A DNA stretch of 64,000 nucleotides from Gaiellaceae bacterium (GTDB lineage: Bacteria; Actinomycetota; Thermoleophilia; Gaiellales; Gaiellaceae). Shown here in pieces: positions 62,718 through 64,000 of the stretch. How positions within the stretch are numbered: the first letter of the stretch is position 1; every line of letters starts with the position of its first letter. The translations under genes and the position numbers were made by a program. The notes under the pieces were generated by a model. It was not told the origin of the DNA. It did not search any database and saw nothing but the letters and a program-made list of their open reading frames with translations. The stretch is taken from assembly GCA_035456125.1 (NCBI GenBank), contig DATIDT010000029.1, forward strand, positions 8,694-72,693, given 5' to 3'.

Positions 62718-63739
62718 GACCGCTCGTGCTCGTCGCCGGCGTCCTGCTGCTTGCAGGCTGCGGCGGCAAGGGCAAGAGCAGCGACTCGAGCTCCGGCGGC
62801 GCCCTCGTCGGCGCCGGCTCGACACTCGTCTTCCCTCTCGTCGCGAAGTGGATTCCGGACTATGCGAAGACGCACGGCGTCGCGATCACGTACGGGCCGA
62901 TCGGCAGCGGCGGCGGCATTCGGCAACTGACGAACCGCGCCGTCGACTTCGGGGCGAGCGATGCACCACTGACGGCGAATGAGCAGAGCGCGTGCAAGGG
63001 CTGCGTCGAGATCCCCTGGGCGCTCGCCGGTACCGCGATCACGTACAACGTGCCGGGCGCGCCGAAGCACCTCAGGCTGACGGGCCCCGTCATCGCCGAC
63101 ATGTTCCTCGGGAAGATCACGTCATGGAACGACGCGGCGATTGCCAAGCTGAACCCCGGCGCCAAGCTCTCGACCATCCCGGTGACCCCGATCTTCCGGA
63201 GGGACTCGAGCGGCACGACGTACACCTTCACCGACTTCCTGTCGCGCGTGAGCCCGACGTGGAAGCGCCGTCTGGGTACGGGCACGTCCGTCGAGTTCCC
63301 GACGGGCGCGGGCGGCGAAGGAAGCTCCGGAGTCGCGGCCGCGCTCTCCCGTGCGCGCGGGGCGATCGGCTATCTCGACGCGGCCTACGCGATCGAGAAC
63401 GGCCTCTCGTCCGCGGCCGTCCGGAACCGCGCCGGGAACTACGTCCTCCCGGTCCGCCGCGCGGTGAGCGCAGCTGCAGCGACCGTCACGAGCGTACGGC
63501 CCGGGAAGGCGGTCTCGATCGTCGACCCCCCTGCGTCGGCCGCAGCCGCCTACCCGATCTCGACGTTCACCTACGCCGTCGTCCCGCAGAAGTCGGCGAA
63601 GGCGAATCTGCTCAGTCCGTTCCTGACGTACGCCATCGGCCCCGGCCAGCGATTCGCCGCCGCGCTGCAGTTCGCGGTGCTCCCGCCGAAGATCCTCGCC
63701 GCCGACAAGGCGACGATCGCGAAGCTTCGAACGTCTTGA
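62714..63739 (+). CDS. pstS: Phosphate-binding lipoprotein PstS paralog
   Basis: GTGA coupling to the regulator. Lipobox LLLAGC. GAGSTLVFP, YGPIGSGGG, FGASDAPL, RRDSSGTT. Confidence 0.9.
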   Translation: MRPLVLVAGVLLLAGCGGKGKSSDSSSGGALVGAGSTLVFPLVAKWIPDYAKTHGVAITYGPIGSGGGIRQLTNRAVDFGASDAPLTANEQSACKGCVEIPWALAGTAITYNVPGAPKHLRLTGPVIADMFLGKITSWNDAAIAKLNPGAKLSTIPVTPIFRRDSSGTTYTFTDFLSRVSPTWKRRLGTGTSVEFPTGAGGEGSSGVAAALSRARGAIGYLDAAYAIENGLSSAAVRNRAGNYVLPVRRAVSAAAATVTSVRPGKAVSIVDPPASAAAAYPISTFTYAVVPQKSAKANLLSPFLTYAIGPGQRFAAALQFAVLPPKILAADKATIAKLRTS

Positions 63740-63747
63740 AGGCTGGG

Positions 63748-64000
63748 TCAGACCCCTGCGGGGTCAGACCCCGGGGTAAGCGTCGCGACGGTCCGTCGGC
63801 CGTTGAGCTCGTAGATCACGTCGACGTTCTCATGCTTCCGGTAGGTGCCAGCGATACCGAGCAGCATCGACAGCCAGCGGATCGGGCCGAGCCGCCCCTC
63901 CTGCGCGAGCGGCCGCCGGAAGACGAGCTCGTCCCCGAGGCGGTCGAAGTCGCGGCCGGGCTGCTGCGGGACGCCGTTCACGTACACCTCGTAACGATCT
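63748..64000 (-). CDS. Hypothetical protein, 5' end probably outside the window
   Basis: The reading frame stays open from 63748 to base 64000. C-terminal 79+ aa, no motif recognised. Confidence 0.35.
   Translation of the reverse strand, partial: DRYEVYVNGVPQQPGRDFDRLGDELVFRRPLAQEGRLGPIRWLSMLLGIAGTYRKHENVDVIYELNGRRTVATLTPGSDPAGV

Noticed and set aside
1-64000. Search for tRNA/rRNA genes, CRISPR arrays, IS elements, integrases and prophage or defence genes
   Set aside because: I found no cloverleaf-like T-loop (GGTTCGA-type) context, no regularly spaced repeat arrays, and no transposase, integrase or nuclease-like ORFs. The only repeats are the 14-bp tandem, the hexamer microsatellite and short operator-like repeats.

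Overview
Visibly GC-rich (I estimate about 70%, not computed), very gene-dense chromosomal segment that looks actinobacterial; a Thermoleophilia/Rubrobacteria-like source is only a guess. I support about 80 protein-coding genes. I saw no rRNA, tRNA, CRISPR array, transposase or integrase. Product names come from motifs I recognise in the translations. No homology search was run, so DUF and family names need an hmmscan check.

Three themes:
- (1) 1-37 kb is a hypoxia/redox-stress, dormancy-like island. It holds phosphoketolase, malic enzyme, and a four-subunit 2-oxoacid:ferredoxin oxidoreductase preceded by a GltD-like NAD(P)H oxidoreductase. It also holds a HAD-GH65 (OtsB1-like) phosphorylase, five USP domains, CBS proteins, Hsp20, OsmC and a hemerythrin-like protein. 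Formate-THF ligase is translationally coupled to a group-3b-type NiFe hydrogenase operon with an embedded cNMP-binding ORF, a Zn-less HypA, HypC, a DMT transporter and a DUF6390/HypC-like fusion. A DosS/DosR-like GAF-GAF kinase and NarL regulator complete the island.
- (2) 38-43 kb is my best candidate for an undescribed system. It is a six-gene membrane redox module: a ferric-reductase-type bis-heme membrane protein, a ferredoxin, a ferredoxin reductase and three small bitopic proteins. It is divergent from an OmpR/HK pair, with an 11-bp-phased direct repeat in the shared promoter.
- (3) 50-64 kb is a phosphate/polyphosphate supercluster. It holds ppk, ppx, a SixA-like phosphatase, CHAD, pitA plus DUF47, phoU, pstCAB, two pstS paralogs and a sensor-less histidine kinase abutting a PhoP-like regulator. 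Pho-box-like 11-bp direct repeats sit upstream of pstS and ppk.

Many long ORFs in the supplied track are Arg/Ala-rich antisense shadows or composites, so I trimmed starts using RBS position and stop/start coupling.
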